From: Planctomycetota bacterium
GTDB lineage: Bacteria > Planctomycetota > MHYJ01 > JACPRB01
Assembly: GCA_016209705.1 (NCBI GenBank)
Contig: JACQVR010000065.1
Location: forward strand, 965 to 64,964
DNA length: 64,000 nucleotides
Direction: 5' to 3'
The notes beneath the pieces were generated by a model. That model was not told the DNA's origin, searched no databases, and saw only the letters and a program-made list of their open reading frames with translations. Shown here one piece after another: positions 18,597 through 27,611 of this stretch; position 1 is the first letter of the stretch, and every line of letters begins with the position of its first letter. The translations under genes and the position numbers were made by a program.

Positions 18597-20714
18597 ATGG
18601 GAAGATCCAAGTATTTCCTTCTGCTTGTGGCGATGTTGCCTCTATTGCCGGCGGCGTCCTGCGGCGGGGAGGACGGAGCCGCAGGCGCTCCGGGCGAGCC
18701 AGGATCGGGACTGACAGGCCCATATCGGGAATTGAGCGCCTCCCTGGCCATCTCGCAGCCGGCCAATGGAACCCATTTTGTGATGGGCGAGCAGGCGGTG
18801 GTCACGGTCATTGTGAAAGACCAATATGACAAAGCATTCTCCCTGAGCGACCTTTCCCAGCTCAGCCTTTATGTATATGGTCCGCAAGAAACGACGAAGA
18901 CCATGACGGCGGTGAATCTGCTCAACGCCTCCACGGATCGTTCCCAAAGGCCGCATCATTACATTGATCTGCTCACGAATCCTGAGGCGCAGTTCGCGAG
19001 CGGGGTCGTGACCTATGCACTCCGGCCGGTCTCCGACGAGGAGCCGGGGACATACATCGTCACCATGCGCGCTGTCCTCAAGGATGCGCCGCTTGAGCAA
19101 GCGATGCCATGCGTCGAGTTCCAGCTCGGAACCGCTATTGCGGAGACTCAGATCATAGATAAGGAGAAGTGCGCCAAATGCCACAAGGGCGCCGCCAGCG
19201 GTCAGTTCTACTTCCACCACGTGGATCCTCGTCAAGTGGGTCAGAGCGGAAGCCCCTCGATAGACTCGCTGCCGGTGATGACCTGCAAGAGCTGTCACAA
19301 CACGGAGGGCTATGCGGCGTACCGCGATCCCGCCAATCCGGACAACCGCATCCCGGATCCCATTGTGAAGCGGGTGCACGGGGTTCACATGGGCAAGCAC
19401 TTGGAGAGCGCCGCCAATCAGACGGTATTTGCGGACTATCTGGACGTGGAGTTTCCCGCTAATGTCAAGAACTGCACCGCCTGTCACTCCGATGACCGCT
19501 GGAAAACCAAGCCGTCGCAGCTTGCCTGCGGTGCCTGCCACGACAATATCTGGTTCGGCGATCCGGCCGCCATGCCGGAGACCGCGGAAGCGCACCCCGG
19601 CGGGCAGCAGGCCGACGATTCCTTGTGTGCGAGCTGCCACCCTGCCGACATCGGCGGAAGCAAGCCGGTGGCGGTGGCGCACCAGATCGAGCCGCCGGCG
19701 TTCCAGAATACGGTGGAACTGAGCATGACTCCTCCGGCCAACGGGGAGTACTACGTGGCCGGTGAAACGCCTCAGGTGACGATCACGATCCGGGATGCGG
19801 CCAGCGGCGCGACGATCAATCCGGCCGCCATTGTCGAGCCGGCCGATTCGCAAGCCGTGCAATCCTTCGAGTGGAGACGGGCGAACTTGTTTGTGTCCGG
19901 ACCCAGAAAGCGCACGATGCCCGTCCTTACAACGGAGGCCATCAACCCCGATCCCACCCACTCGTACGCCAACAATGACTTCCGCGTACGAATCGACCCG
20001 GCCAATGAGGATCTGAGGGTGACACGGTCTTCGACCGCGATCACCTATCAATTGGCGGATGTGGCGGATTTAGAGCCCGGCACGTATACCGCCTTCGTCG
20101 AGATCATGCCGGCTGCTCCTCTCGGCGGCTGGGGTCTGATCAACTTCCAAGTGAAGACCGCGACGGAAGAGCCCATGGTCGCGACCAACTGCATCGATTG
20201 TCACGACGACGCTCGAATGCACGGCAGTTACTTCGCGGTGCAATTCAAGCCCGACATCTGCAAGAACTGCCACGACTATGAGCGTCAGATGCCGGACCGG
20301 ATCACGTGGACCGACCGCAACGCAGGATACGGCGCCGCTCCCCTGGCCAGACGGGTCCACGGCGTCCACTTCGGGCATTACCTCGACAAGCCGGAAGAAG
20401 TGCACGCGACTTACGATTTCTCAGGAGTCATCTTCCCGCAGGACGTGAGAAACTGCGTCAAGTGCCACTCGGAAACGGATGCGTGGAAAACCGAACCGTC
20501 GCGGGTGGCCTGTCTTGCGTGCCACGACAAAGACGCGGCCATTACCCACGCCACGGTAAATACATTGGATGCGACGCCTGCCGACCCGTGGAACGGCGAT
20601 GAGGTGGAAAGTTGCAAAGTATGCCACGGAGCCGGGCGAGAATTCGCTCCCGACAAGGTGCACAATATCTGGGATCCCTATAAGCCGCCCTATCCACGAG
20701 AACCGGCCGAGTAA
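18597..20714 (+). CDS. Second decaheme c-type cytochrome lipoprotein (~705 aa), structural paralog of 2864..5731 with duplicated pentaheme modules
   Basis: ATG 18597 after ggaaggag RBS; signal + lipobox LLPAASCGG; 10 CxxCH (CAKCH, CKSCH, CTACH, CGACH, CASCH, CIDCH, CKNCH, CVKCH, CLACH, CKVCH); repeated KRVHGVHMGKHL / RRVHGVHFGHYL. Confidence 0.8.
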   Translation: MGRSKYFLLLVAMLPLLPAASCGGEDGAAGAPGEPGSGLTGPYRELSASLAISQPANGTHFVMGEQAVVTVIVKDQYDKAFSLSDLSQLSLYVYGPQETTKTMTAVNLLNASTDRSQRPHHYIDLLTNPEAQFASGVVTYALRPVSDEEPGTYIVTMRAVLKDAPLEQAMPCVEFQLGTAIAETQIIDKEKCAKCHKGAASGQFYFHHVDPRQVGQSGSPSIDSLPVMTCKSCHNTEGYAAYRDPANPDNRIPDPIVKRVHGVHMGKHLESAANQTVFADYLDVEFPANVKNCTACHSDDRWKTKPSQLACGACHDNIWFGDPAAMPETAEAHPGGQQADDSLCASCHPADIGGSKPVAVAHQIEPPAFQNTVELSMTPPANGEYYVAGETPQVTITIRDAASGATINPAAIVEPADSQAVQSFEWRRANLFVSGPRKRTMPVLTTEAINPDPTHSYANNDFRVRIDPANEDLRVTRSSTAITYQLADVADLEPGTYTAFVEIMPAAPLGGWGLINFQVKTATEEPMVATNCIDCHDDARMHGSYFAVQFKPDICKNCHDYERQMPDRITWTDRNAGYGAAPLARRVHGVHFGHYLDKPEEVHATYDFSGVIFPQDVRNCVKCHSETDAWKTEPSRVACLACHDKDAAITHATVNTLDATPADPWNGDEVESCKVCHGAGREFAPDKVHNIWDPYKPPYPREPAE

Positions 20715-20721
20715 GCACGTG

Positions 20722-20754
20722 AAAAAAAAGCCCGTCGTGAAGACGGGCTTTTTT
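20722..20754. terminator. Rho-independent (bidirectional) terminator: A-tract, GCCCGTC stem, GTGAA loop, GACGGGC, T6
   Basis: aaaaaaaagcccgtcgtgaagacgggctttttt read directly after cytochrome stop. Confidence 0.8.
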
Positions 20755-20795
20755 GATGGTTCGGCCTCAACGAGGCCGGAGCGTTACTTCAGGCC

Positions 20796-21107
20796 TCAGC
20801 CCGCGAACCGGCGGTCGCTTTCGGGGGCCTCGGTGCCTTCCTTTGCGGCCTTGACGGCCTCGACGACCGTTTCCTGGGTGGCTTTCTTGGTCCCCTTCAT
20901 GACCGCGAGTCCGCCGCGATAGATCAGCTTACCGGTCTTGTCGAGGACGAACGTTGCGTTGACCTGCTTCGCGCCGAATTTGTATTCCTTCCAGTCGTAC
21001 GCCTCAAAGGCGATGTCGGGGACCACTTCGCCCAGCTTCAGGTCGTCCGCCCGCGGCGCGGCCGCCATGGCCAGGAGCGCCACCACGCCGGCTACAGACA
21101 GTCTCAT
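20796..21107 (-). CDS. Small secreted hypothetical protein (redoxin/TlpA-like flanks without CxxC core)
   Basis: Signal peptide MRLSVAGVVALLAMAAAP; segment VNATFVLDKTGKLIYRG resembles redoxin C-terminus but no CxxC. Confidence 0.3.
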   Translation of the reverse strand: MRLSVAGVVALLAMAAAPRADDLKLGEVVPDIAFEAYDWKEYKFGAKQVNATFVLDKTGKLIYRGGLAVMKGTKKATQETVVEAVKAAKEGTEAPESDRRFAG

Positions 21108-21117
21108 GTCGTTTTCC

Positions 21118-21246
21118 TTAGATGAACCGGTCCGGTAGTTCGCTCTTGCCCACCCTTCTCCGGCCGTACAGGATCAGGAATTCCGCCCGTCGGGTTGCGG
21201 CCATCCGTTTCAGGCTCGCCAGCTCCCGCTCCCGGTCAAGCCACAT
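21118..21246 (-). pseudogene. N-terminal 43-codon fragment of an AAA/Arch_ATPase-type ATP-binding protein, truncated by stop
   Basis: Hand translation of minus strand: MWLDRERELASLKRMAATRRAEFLILYGRRRVGKSELPDRFI*; characteristic GRRRVGKS P-loop region then TAA. Confidence 0.4.
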
Positions 21247-21788
21247 GAGCTTCTCCTAAGTAACTTACTTGAAAGTAAACCATATTCCATGGGCGCCTCC
21301 CGGTCCAGTTTTTGCATCGAGGCCCGGCAGAAAGAACCCGGGGGAGTGCCGGTCACTGTTTCAAGCGCGTTCTCGATCCGACCGAGGTGTCCAAGAATTC
21401 AGGGAAGCGGCGCTTTCGAGGCCGCGATGGCGGCGAACCTTTCCGCTCGTTCGAGTCGATGGCCGACTACCGGCGATGGTGCGAGGAAAACCTTCCTGCG
21501 TGGCTCGGCTATGGCCGCTCGATTTAAGTGCCGGCAGGCGCGCGAGATCGCGGACATCTTCACCAAACGCGGCGCGACACGCCATCAGAGAGGATCGCTT
21601 ACAGGCGGTCCGCCGAAAGACCGCTGCAAAACGCAGCGTCGCAATCCTCTGCCATGCATGTTGTTATTCATATCATTTTAATTTGCACGGTTCCCTCCAG
21701 ACGCCGTTGATAAGTCTTTTGGCGGTTGTATGATTGCAACTACTTGATGACCAGTCGGTTGCAAGTTTAGCTCTGCCCACTCCCTGCG

Positions 21789-21804
21789 CGGCACGCCCGT
21801 TGCA
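21789..21804 (+). promoter_or_regulatory. Sigma-54-type promoter CGGCACG-N4-TTGCA upstream of small-TM / NrfD-like operon
   Basis: cggcacgcccgttgca: GG-N10-GC spacing correct, first T replaced by C; predicted TSS ~21815, then RBS aaggggg and ATG 21848. Confidence 0.45.
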
Positions 21805-21847
21805 CTATCGGGAATAGAAGATGAAGAAACAAGAAAGGGGGCGTGCC

Positions 21848-22132
21848 ATGACCGCCATGCAAAAGGGAACCCCGTGGGTCGTGGGCCTGCTGACGTTCGT
21901 GTTCGGCCTGAGCATCGGACTGAGCTGGTATACGTACGGCTATCTGGATTGGGCGACCGTGAGGAAGATGGCCATGATGCTCATCCCGCTGCTGGCCGCA
22001 GCCGTGGTCGTGATGCTGTGGCCGGACAAGGAGGAAAAAGAAAAGAAGGAACGCCCCGACCTTCGTGCTCGGCTCGCCGGGCGGAGACGCCGTGAACTTC
22101 AGGAGGTGGGCAAGGACAAGGAAAGGAGCTAG
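21848..22132 (+). CDS. Small two-TM membrane protein with lysine/glutamate-rich tail (hypothetical)
   Basis: ATG 21848 with aaggggg RBS (ORF track start 21821 also possible); two hydrophobic helices. Confidence 0.45.
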   Translation: MTAMQKGTPWVVGLLTFVFGLSIGLSWYTYGYLDWATVRKMAMMLIPLLAAAVVVMLWPDKEEKEKKERPDLRARLAGRRRRELQEVGKDKERS

Positions 22133-22134
22133 CC

Positions 22135-22314
22135 ATGCCGGTTCTTGCGGAACGTCCCGTTCGCAAAGCGCCCCGCCGGAAGGCGCCTCCGCCGGTCCGG
22201 GAAGGCAAGGCTTTCTACATCGTGACCACGGTGTTGGGCGTCCTCATGTTCCTGCTCGCGATCGGATCGGTGGGGATGATGGTGGCCGCCCAACTGCTCC
22301 TGATCAACTGGTAA
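22135..22314 (+). CDS. 59-aa single-TM protein (hypothetical), below ORF-track length cutoff
   Basis: ATG 22135 after aaaggag RBS; MPVLAERPVRKAPRRKAPPPVREGKAFYIVTTVLGVLMFLLAIGSVGMMVAAQLLLINW*. Confidence 0.45.
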   Translation: MPVLAERPVRKAPRRKAPPPVREGKAFYIVTTVLGVLMFLLAIGSVGMMVAAQLLLINW

Positions 22315-22327
22315 GAGGATCTCATCC

Positions 22328-23920
22328 ATGAGCGTATCGACAGTGACGGATGTGGTCAGGACGCTGGAGCTGGAAGACCGGACGAATGACGGAGCCGCAG
22401 GCGGAGGTCCGCCGGAGAGCCGGATCGGAGTCGGCCGCTTCGGAACCCGCTGGTGGGCCTTTTCCGCCATGCTGGCGGCCGTCGTGACGGCCAGCGTTGC
22501 GGCGTATGCCCGACAACTTGCCCGCGGCTTGGAAGTCACCGGACTGGGAAACATCGGGTCCGGCGGCGCGCCGTGGGGGCTGTACATCACGTTCGACGTC
22601 TACTTCGTCGGGGTGAGTTTCGCCGGGATCACGCTGGCGGCGCTCATCCGCCTTTTCGACCTCTCCAAACTGCGGCCCGTTTCCCGCATGGCGGAACTCC
22701 TGACGATCGTCTCGCTGATGATGGGCGCCTTGAGCGTCATCGTCGATTGCGGGCGCCCCCTGGAGGCGCTCGTGAACATTCCTCGCTTCGCCCGAACGGC
22801 CTCGCCCTTCTTCGGAACGTTCAGCTTGGTCGTCGGCGGATATCTCTTCGCCAGCCTGGTGTACTTCTTCCTGTCCGGACGGTCCGACGCCGCCGCGTGC
22901 GCTCAGCCGAAGGCGTGGCTGCGCGGTTTTCATCGCCTCTGGGCTTCGGGGTACCAAGGATCTCCGGCCGAAAAGCGGCGCCATCATTGCGCTTCGTTCT
23001 GGCTCGCCTTGACGATCCTGCCGCTCCTGGTGACCGCCCATTCCACGCTGGGCTTCATCTTCGGCATCCAAGGGGGGCGGCCGGGATGGTTCAGCGCGCT
23101 CCAGGGACCCAGTTTCGTGGTGATGGCGGGCCTGTCCGGTACGGGGTTGCTCATCGTGATGGCGGCGGTCCTGAGACGCAGCCTGCGCCTCGAGGCGCAT
23201 TACGGGCCGCCCGTTTTCCGCTGGCTCGGAAACCTCCTGATGGTCCTGACGATGATCTACCTCTACTTCATGATCGCCGAGGAATTGACGGCGACTTACG
23301 CATCACCGTATGCCGAATCAAAAGTGGCGCACGCGAGGACGCTGGGCGTCTACGCGCCTCTCTATTGGACGATCGTGGCCTTTCTGGCGGGTACGGTCGC
23401 CATACTCTTCATCCAATTCGTGCACGGCGGAGCGTCCATCGCGTGGACCGCGGCCGCGGGCCTCTTGGGGAATGTGGCGGCGGTGCTCAAGCGGTACCTG
23501 CTCATCGTGTCGCCGCAGACGCATGGGCTTTTCGTCCCCACGGAGGGGAGCTATGCGCCGAGCGGCGTGGAGATCGCCGTCATCCTGGGATTGCTGGCTT
23601 TGGGAGCGCTCTTCATCACGATATTCGTCAAGGTGTTTCCCATCGTTCCCCTCGCAGGAAGCGGGCACCCCGCGGAGCCGGATCCCACCGAGCCGCGGCG
23701 AAAGGGCCCCAGTCGATGCCTCATGTTCTGGGCGATGCTGGCAGTGGGGGTGGGGTTGGCCGCGATAGGATTCCTGGGATCGTCTCGGTTCGGCACGGAA
23801 CCGTATCTCGATCCCGTGATCCCTTACAGCCCGGTTCTCTTCATCGCGGGAGTGATGCTCGCGTTCACTTCGGCGATCGTTTATGAAACGGCGCCCTTGA
23901 GAATCCCGACTCGACGCTGA
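22328..23920 (+). CDS. Second NrfD/PsrC-family polytopic membrane protein (ActF-like?), 530 aa with C-terminal extension
   Basis: Paralogous to 13873..15207 (e.g. FDVYFVGVSFAGITLAALIRL vs ANFVFFIGISHAGTLISAILRV; SVIVDCGRP vs SVILDLGRP). Confidence 0.7.
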   Translation: MSVSTVTDVVRTLELEDRTNDGAAGGGPPESRIGVGRFGTRWWAFSAMLAAVVTASVAAYARQLARGLEVTGLGNIGSGGAPWGLYITFDVYFVGVSFAGITLAALIRLFDLSKLRPVSRMAELLTIVSLMMGALSVIVDCGRPLEALVNIPRFARTASPFFGTFSLVVGGYLFASLVYFFLSGRSDAAACAQPKAWLRGFHRLWASGYQGSPAEKRRHHCASFWLALTILPLLVTAHSTLGFIFGIQGGRPGWFSALQGPSFVVMAGLSGTGLLIVMAAVLRRSLRLEAHYGPPVFRWLGNLLMVLTMIYLYFMIAEELTATYASPYAESKVAHARTLGVYAPLYWTIVAFLAGTVAILFIQFVHGGASIAWTAAAGLLGNVAAVLKRYLLIVSPQTHGLFVPTEGSYAPSGVEIAVILGLLALGALFITIFVKVFPIVPLAGSGHPAEPDPTEPRRKGPSRCLMFWAMLAVGVGLAAIGFLGSSRFGTEPYLDPVIPYSPVLFIAGVMLAFTSAIVYETAPLRIPTRR

Positions 23921-23965
23921 CCGCCGAGTCGGGATTCCATAAGCGAGCGCCGTCAAGGCGCTCGC
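23901..23965. terminator. Twin hairpin element between convergent genes: GAATCCCGACTCG...CGAGTCGGGATTC then ATAAGCG then GCGAGCGCC-GTCAA-GGCGCTCGC; shares GGATTCCATAAGCG with 29158-29171
   Basis: Read directly from sequence. Confidence 0.55.
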
Positions 23966-23966
23966 G

Positions 23967-24854
23967 CTACTTGGCTTTCTCTTTCGGGGTCGCCAGTTTC
24001 ATCTCCGCCGTGTAAGTCATCGAGGTGCCTTGGCTCTCCATGGTCGCTTTTCGTTTCGTGGACTGCATCCTCCCCTTCGCAACGTCCCAGACCCGGTCGG
24101 ACTTGACTTCACCATCGATGTCATCGCGCGTAGGGCCTCCGTCTTGCGAAATCACGACTTGCTTCCCTCCCTCGCGGACTTCCTTCAAAGTGAACTTCGA
24201 TGGCCAGGCTCTTCCGCCTCCGACGCCGAAATTCGTGGGCTCCGGCAGGGACTGGTCGCCTTCCCATTTTCCACCCTTGGCGACCGGCTTCTCGGGAAGC
24301 TGGCCGAACTCCGTTTGGATCTGTCCTTGGAGGACGTCGTCGCTGAAGTGCTGTTTGAATTTTTCGACCAGCGCCTCGTCTTCTTCATCGAGGTCTTCCA
24401 GGACGGTATCCACCACCTTGTCGATCCCTTCGAATTTCTTGCACTCCCCCCGGCGGGTCAATCGGATGTCCATGGGTTTGCCGATGAGCGTGGTGACGAT
24501 CTTCGCGGCGACATCCCCTTTGGGAGGCTTCTTGGTGGAATCGACGTCGACGTCGTCCTCGTCGTCGCTGTAGGTGAGCTTGATGCGGTCGAAGGTCGCC
24601 TTGAGCGTCGCCGTGCCATCCTTGTCCACGGCAGTCACTTCCAGGTCCAACCCGTAGGCCGTTTTCCATTGCACGGAATCTCCGCCGTCGGATTCCGACT
24701 CGAAGGTGGAGGCGTACTCGTAGCGGAATTTGTCCCCCTTCGTGAATTTCCACCCGAGAGCGACTTTCTCCTCCTCTTGGGCGGGCGCCGCGAGCGAAAG
24801 GACGAACGTCAGGGCCGTGACCGTTGTGATGAATCGCATCTTTTTTCTCCTCAT
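23967..24854 (-). CDS. Secreted hypothetical protein (D/E/K-rich)
   Basis: Signal peptide MRRKKMRFITTVTALTFVLSLAAPAQE; start 24854 or 24839. Confidence 0.5.
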   Translation of the reverse strand: MRRKKMRFITTVTALTFVLSLAAPAQEEEKVALGWKFTKGDKFRYEYASTFESESDGGDSVQWKTAYGLDLEVTAVDKDGTATLKATFDRIKLTYSDDEDDVDVDSTKKPPKGDVAAKIVTTLIGKPMDIRLTRRGECKKFEGIDKVVDTVLEDLDEEDEALVEKFKQHFSDDVLQGQIQTEFGQLPEKPVAKGGKWEGDQSLPEPTNFGVGGGRAWPSKFTLKEVREGGKQVVISQDGGPTRDDIDGEVKSDRVWDVAKGRMQSTKRKATMESQGTSMTYTAEMKLATPKEKAK

Positions 24855-25090
24855 GAAACCGTTCAGCGAGCGCACATTATCCTCCGGTCCTCGGTTGCGT
24901 TCAAGATTCCTTCCAAGGCGCCTCCAGGAGCCGGGAACGGAACCGCTTGAGCGTGCGTTCCTCGTGCCCATATTGTTCTCCTTCCACGACCCAAAGCTTC
25001 AACTCGTTCGCGGCGGGCCATACGGAAAGGATTGCCTCCCGCCGTCCCCACAAGAGGACCTTGAGGTTCGCGAGCGGTTCCTGGTCCCCA

Positions 25091-25717
25091 TCATGGATCG
25101 TGAACACGAGGCGCTCCCAGTCGCCGGCAGGCCAATCGAAATTCAAGCTCCATTCGTAGGGAAGCAGGCCGGAGGCTCGCGTAAAGGTCGGCGATGCCGG
25201 CCGCCGAGAGGGCCGAGGCGACCCGCAAGGAGCGGCTGATGAACCATTCTCCCGCTCCGAGCAGGAGGCATCCGAAGAGGGCCGCCAGCGTCACGCGGGC
25301 GATCGGCGAGAGCAGGCCGTGCTCGTGGGAGTATTTGACGAGATAGATTCCGGCGAGGGCCAGGGCGATGGCTCCGATCCACACGGGCACTTTGACGCCG
25401 AGGTTTTTCTCCATGGCGGCGTGGGTTTCTTTCTTTTCGCTCGGCTCCTTGGGGGCGGGTGCCGGCGGGCGGGGCGGCGGTAGGAGTGGCGGTAGAGGAG
25501 AAGGGGGTGCTTGCGCCTCGACACGCGGGGCCGACGGCTCTTCCGGCTTGACCGCCGTGGGGAGCGGCGCTCCTTTTTTGATGCGATCAACGTCCCGGCG
25601 AAGTTCGTCGAAGGCGCGTTGAAGCGAGGAGGCTCTGCTCCAGGCGACGAGGGCGAGGATGGGGGAGATGACCAGGGAACCCAGAGCCAGGGCGGCCAGA
25701 CAGGTTAAGCCGTCCAT
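25091..25717 (-). pseudogene. DUF2339-like N-terminal membrane protein remnant (truncated; full-length family members are far longer)
   Basis: MEKNLGVKVPVWIGAIALALAGIYLVKYSHEHGLLSPIARVTLAALFG typical DUF2339 N-terminus; proline-rich linker; ORF ends after ~208 aa. Confidence 0.35.
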
Positions 25718-25840
25718 GCGGCGGTCCCTTCACCAAACGTGTGTTGACCGTATCGGCGGGAATCCTGCGCTTCGAATGCTGGTGCGTCATTCTACCCATG
25801 GATGGGCGCGATGTGAACTTGAACCAAGTCTCGTTCCTTG

Positions 25841-25874
25841 ACAGGACTAGACTGACATGTCAGTCTAGTCCTGT
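25841..25874. promoter_or_regulatory. 34-bp perfect palindrome ACAGGACTAGACTGACATGTCAGTCTAGTCCTGT: candidate TetR operator overlapping TetR start codon
   Basis: Perfect reverse-complement symmetry verified by hand. Confidence 0.7.
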
Positions 25875-26469
25875 GAAAAACCTTCAGCGCCGGCGGCAGC
25901 TTCTGGACGCCGCCACCGCGGTCTTCGCCGCCAAAGGGTATGGATCGGCTTCCGTCGCGGACATCATCCAGCGGTCCGGCGTCGCCCGTGGAACCTTCTA
26001 TCTTTATTTTGATTCCAAGGCCGACGCGTTCAGCGCCGTCTTGAACGACTATCTCGAGGGATTTCGAGCCCTCGTCACGCGGGAGCTCAAGCGCTCCTAC
26101 CGGCCACCGGCGGTCCTGCGCGCGGTCCGCGAATCCGTGCTCGACTTCCTCGCCTATCACGCCGGCCGCCCGCAACTGGCGGCCGTCGTCTTTCGCGAGG
26201 GAATGTCCATCGAGCCGGAGTTCGCCGCCCCCTTTCTGAAAATGATCCGCGCCATGTCCCGCCACTGGTCGGACGTCATCCGGCGGCTCCAGGAACTCGC
26301 CTTCGTGCGCCGGAGCATCGACCCGCCTTTTCTGGCCACCTGCTTCGTCGGCATGTTCCGCCAGATGATCGTCGATCATGTGATCCCGGATCCTCGCGCC
26401 GACCTGGACCGGCTCGCGGACCAGTGGATCGATTTCACGGTGTACGGAGCCGTGAACCGGGAGGCGTGA
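25873..26469 (+). CDS. TetR/AcrR family transcriptional regulator
   Basis: GTG start; N-terminal HTH RRRQLLDAATAVFAAKGYGSASVADIIQRSGVARGTFYLYFDSKADAF. Confidence 0.8.
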   Translation: MKNLQRRRQLLDAATAVFAAKGYGSASVADIIQRSGVARGTFYLYFDSKADAFSAVLNDYLEGFRALVTRELKRSYRPPAVLRAVRESVLDFLAYHAGRPQLAAVVFREGMSIEPEFAAPFLKMIRAMSRHWSDVIRRLQELAFVRRSIDPPFLATCFVGMFRQMIVDHVIPDPRADLDRLADQWIDFTVYGAVNREA

Positions 26470-26473
26470 AGCC

Positions 26474-27607
26474 GTGTGGACGATCGGAATCCGGAACCTC
26501 CTGCACGACAAGGTCAGACTCTCCGTCACTCTGTTCGGCATCACGTTCGCCGTCGTCCTCATCTTCGTCCAGGTCGGCATGTACCTCGGCTTCATGCGGG
26601 CCTCGTCGGCGGTCATCGATCGCGGCGCGGCGGACATCTGGATCGTCTCGAAGAACTCGGCCAACTTCGACTGGTCCCAGCCGTTCCCGGAACGATACGT
26701 TCACATCGTCCGCTCGACGCCCGGAGTCCAGCGCGCCGAGACGCTGCTTTTCGCCTGGGCGTTCGCCCGGCTGCCGAGGGGCGGAACGGAACAGGTCGAG
26801 ATCATCGGATACCATCCGTCCGCAGGGAAGGGATGGGGACAGCCCTGGGGCCTGGTGGAAGGGGAGGCCCGATCCGTCCTGGGAGGCGACCACGTCATCG
26901 TGGACAAATCGTCCTACCGGCGGCTGGGCGAGCTGCGCGTCGGCGATCGCCTCGAAATCATGGGACGCAGCGTCCGGATCGCCGGATTGACGGAAGGGAT
27001 CCGTCCTCTAACGACCGCTCCGTACGTGTTCGCCTCCTACGAAACGGCGCACCGCATCGCGTCCTACGTGGGGCGCGAGAATACGGTTTTCATTCTCGTC
27101 CAGGCGGCGCCCGGGCACGACGTCGGCGAGGTCGCGGCGCGCCTGGCGCGAAAGCTTCCTCATGTCGATGTCATGACCGCCGCCCAGTGCAGCCGGCGCA
27201 CCCGCTGGTACTGGACCGTTTCGACGGGGATGGGATTCGGATTCCTGCTGACGATCCTCCTCGGTTTCTTCGTCGGCGTGACGGTGGTCGGGCAGACGAT
27301 CTACGCCGACGCGATCGAGCATCTGCGCGAATACGCGACGCTCAAGGCGATCGGAGGCGGAACCCGTGAGCTTCTCATCATCCTGTGGTCGCAGGCGGGT
27401 GTGGCGGCGATCGTGGGCTATGCGGCCGGGACGGGGGGAGCGTTCGGAATCGGAGGCCTGTTCAACCGTCTGGGGCTCTCGGTGGTCTTTCCCCCGGCGT
27501 TGCTGGTGATGGTCGCGGGGGTCACGGTCTTGATGTGCTTGGGAGCGTCGCTGCTGTCCATTCGAAAAGTGCTTCGCGTGGATCCGGCGACCGTGTTCAA
27601 GGCGTGA
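26474..27607 (+). CDS. ABC transporter permease, FtsX/MacB-like
   Basis: GTG start; N-terminal TM, large periplasmic domain, C-terminal 3 TM helices (FtsX topology). Confidence 0.7.
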   Translation: MWTIGIRNLLHDKVRLSVTLFGITFAVVLIFVQVGMYLGFMRASSAVIDRGAADIWIVSKNSANFDWSQPFPERYVHIVRSTPGVQRAETLLFAWAFARLPRGGTEQVEIIGYHPSAGKGWGQPWGLVEGEARSVLGGDHVIVDKSSYRRLGELRVGDRLEIMGRSVRIAGLTEGIRPLTTAPYVFASYETAHRIASYVGRENTVFILVQAAPGHDVGEVAARLARKLPHVDVMTAAQCSRRTRWYWTVSTGMGFGFLLTILLGFFVGVTVVGQTIYADAIEHLREYATLKAIGGGTRELLIILWSQAGVAAIVGYAAGTGGAFGIGGLFNRLGLSVVFPPALLVMVAGVTVLMCLGASLLSIRKVLRVDPATVFKA

Positions 27608-27611
27608 TGCC

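Noticed and set aside
21737-21755. TGGCGGTTGTATGATTGCA sigma-54-like match
   Set aside because: The TTGC element is displaced by 3 nt relative to canonical -24/-12 spacing; the nearby CGGCACG-N4-TTGCA (21789-21804) fits better.
24901-25146. 81-aa minus-strand ORF overlapping the end of the DUF2339-like remnant
   Set aside because: Overlaps the upstream gene in another frame, has no clear RBS or family signal; could be real but cannot be supported.
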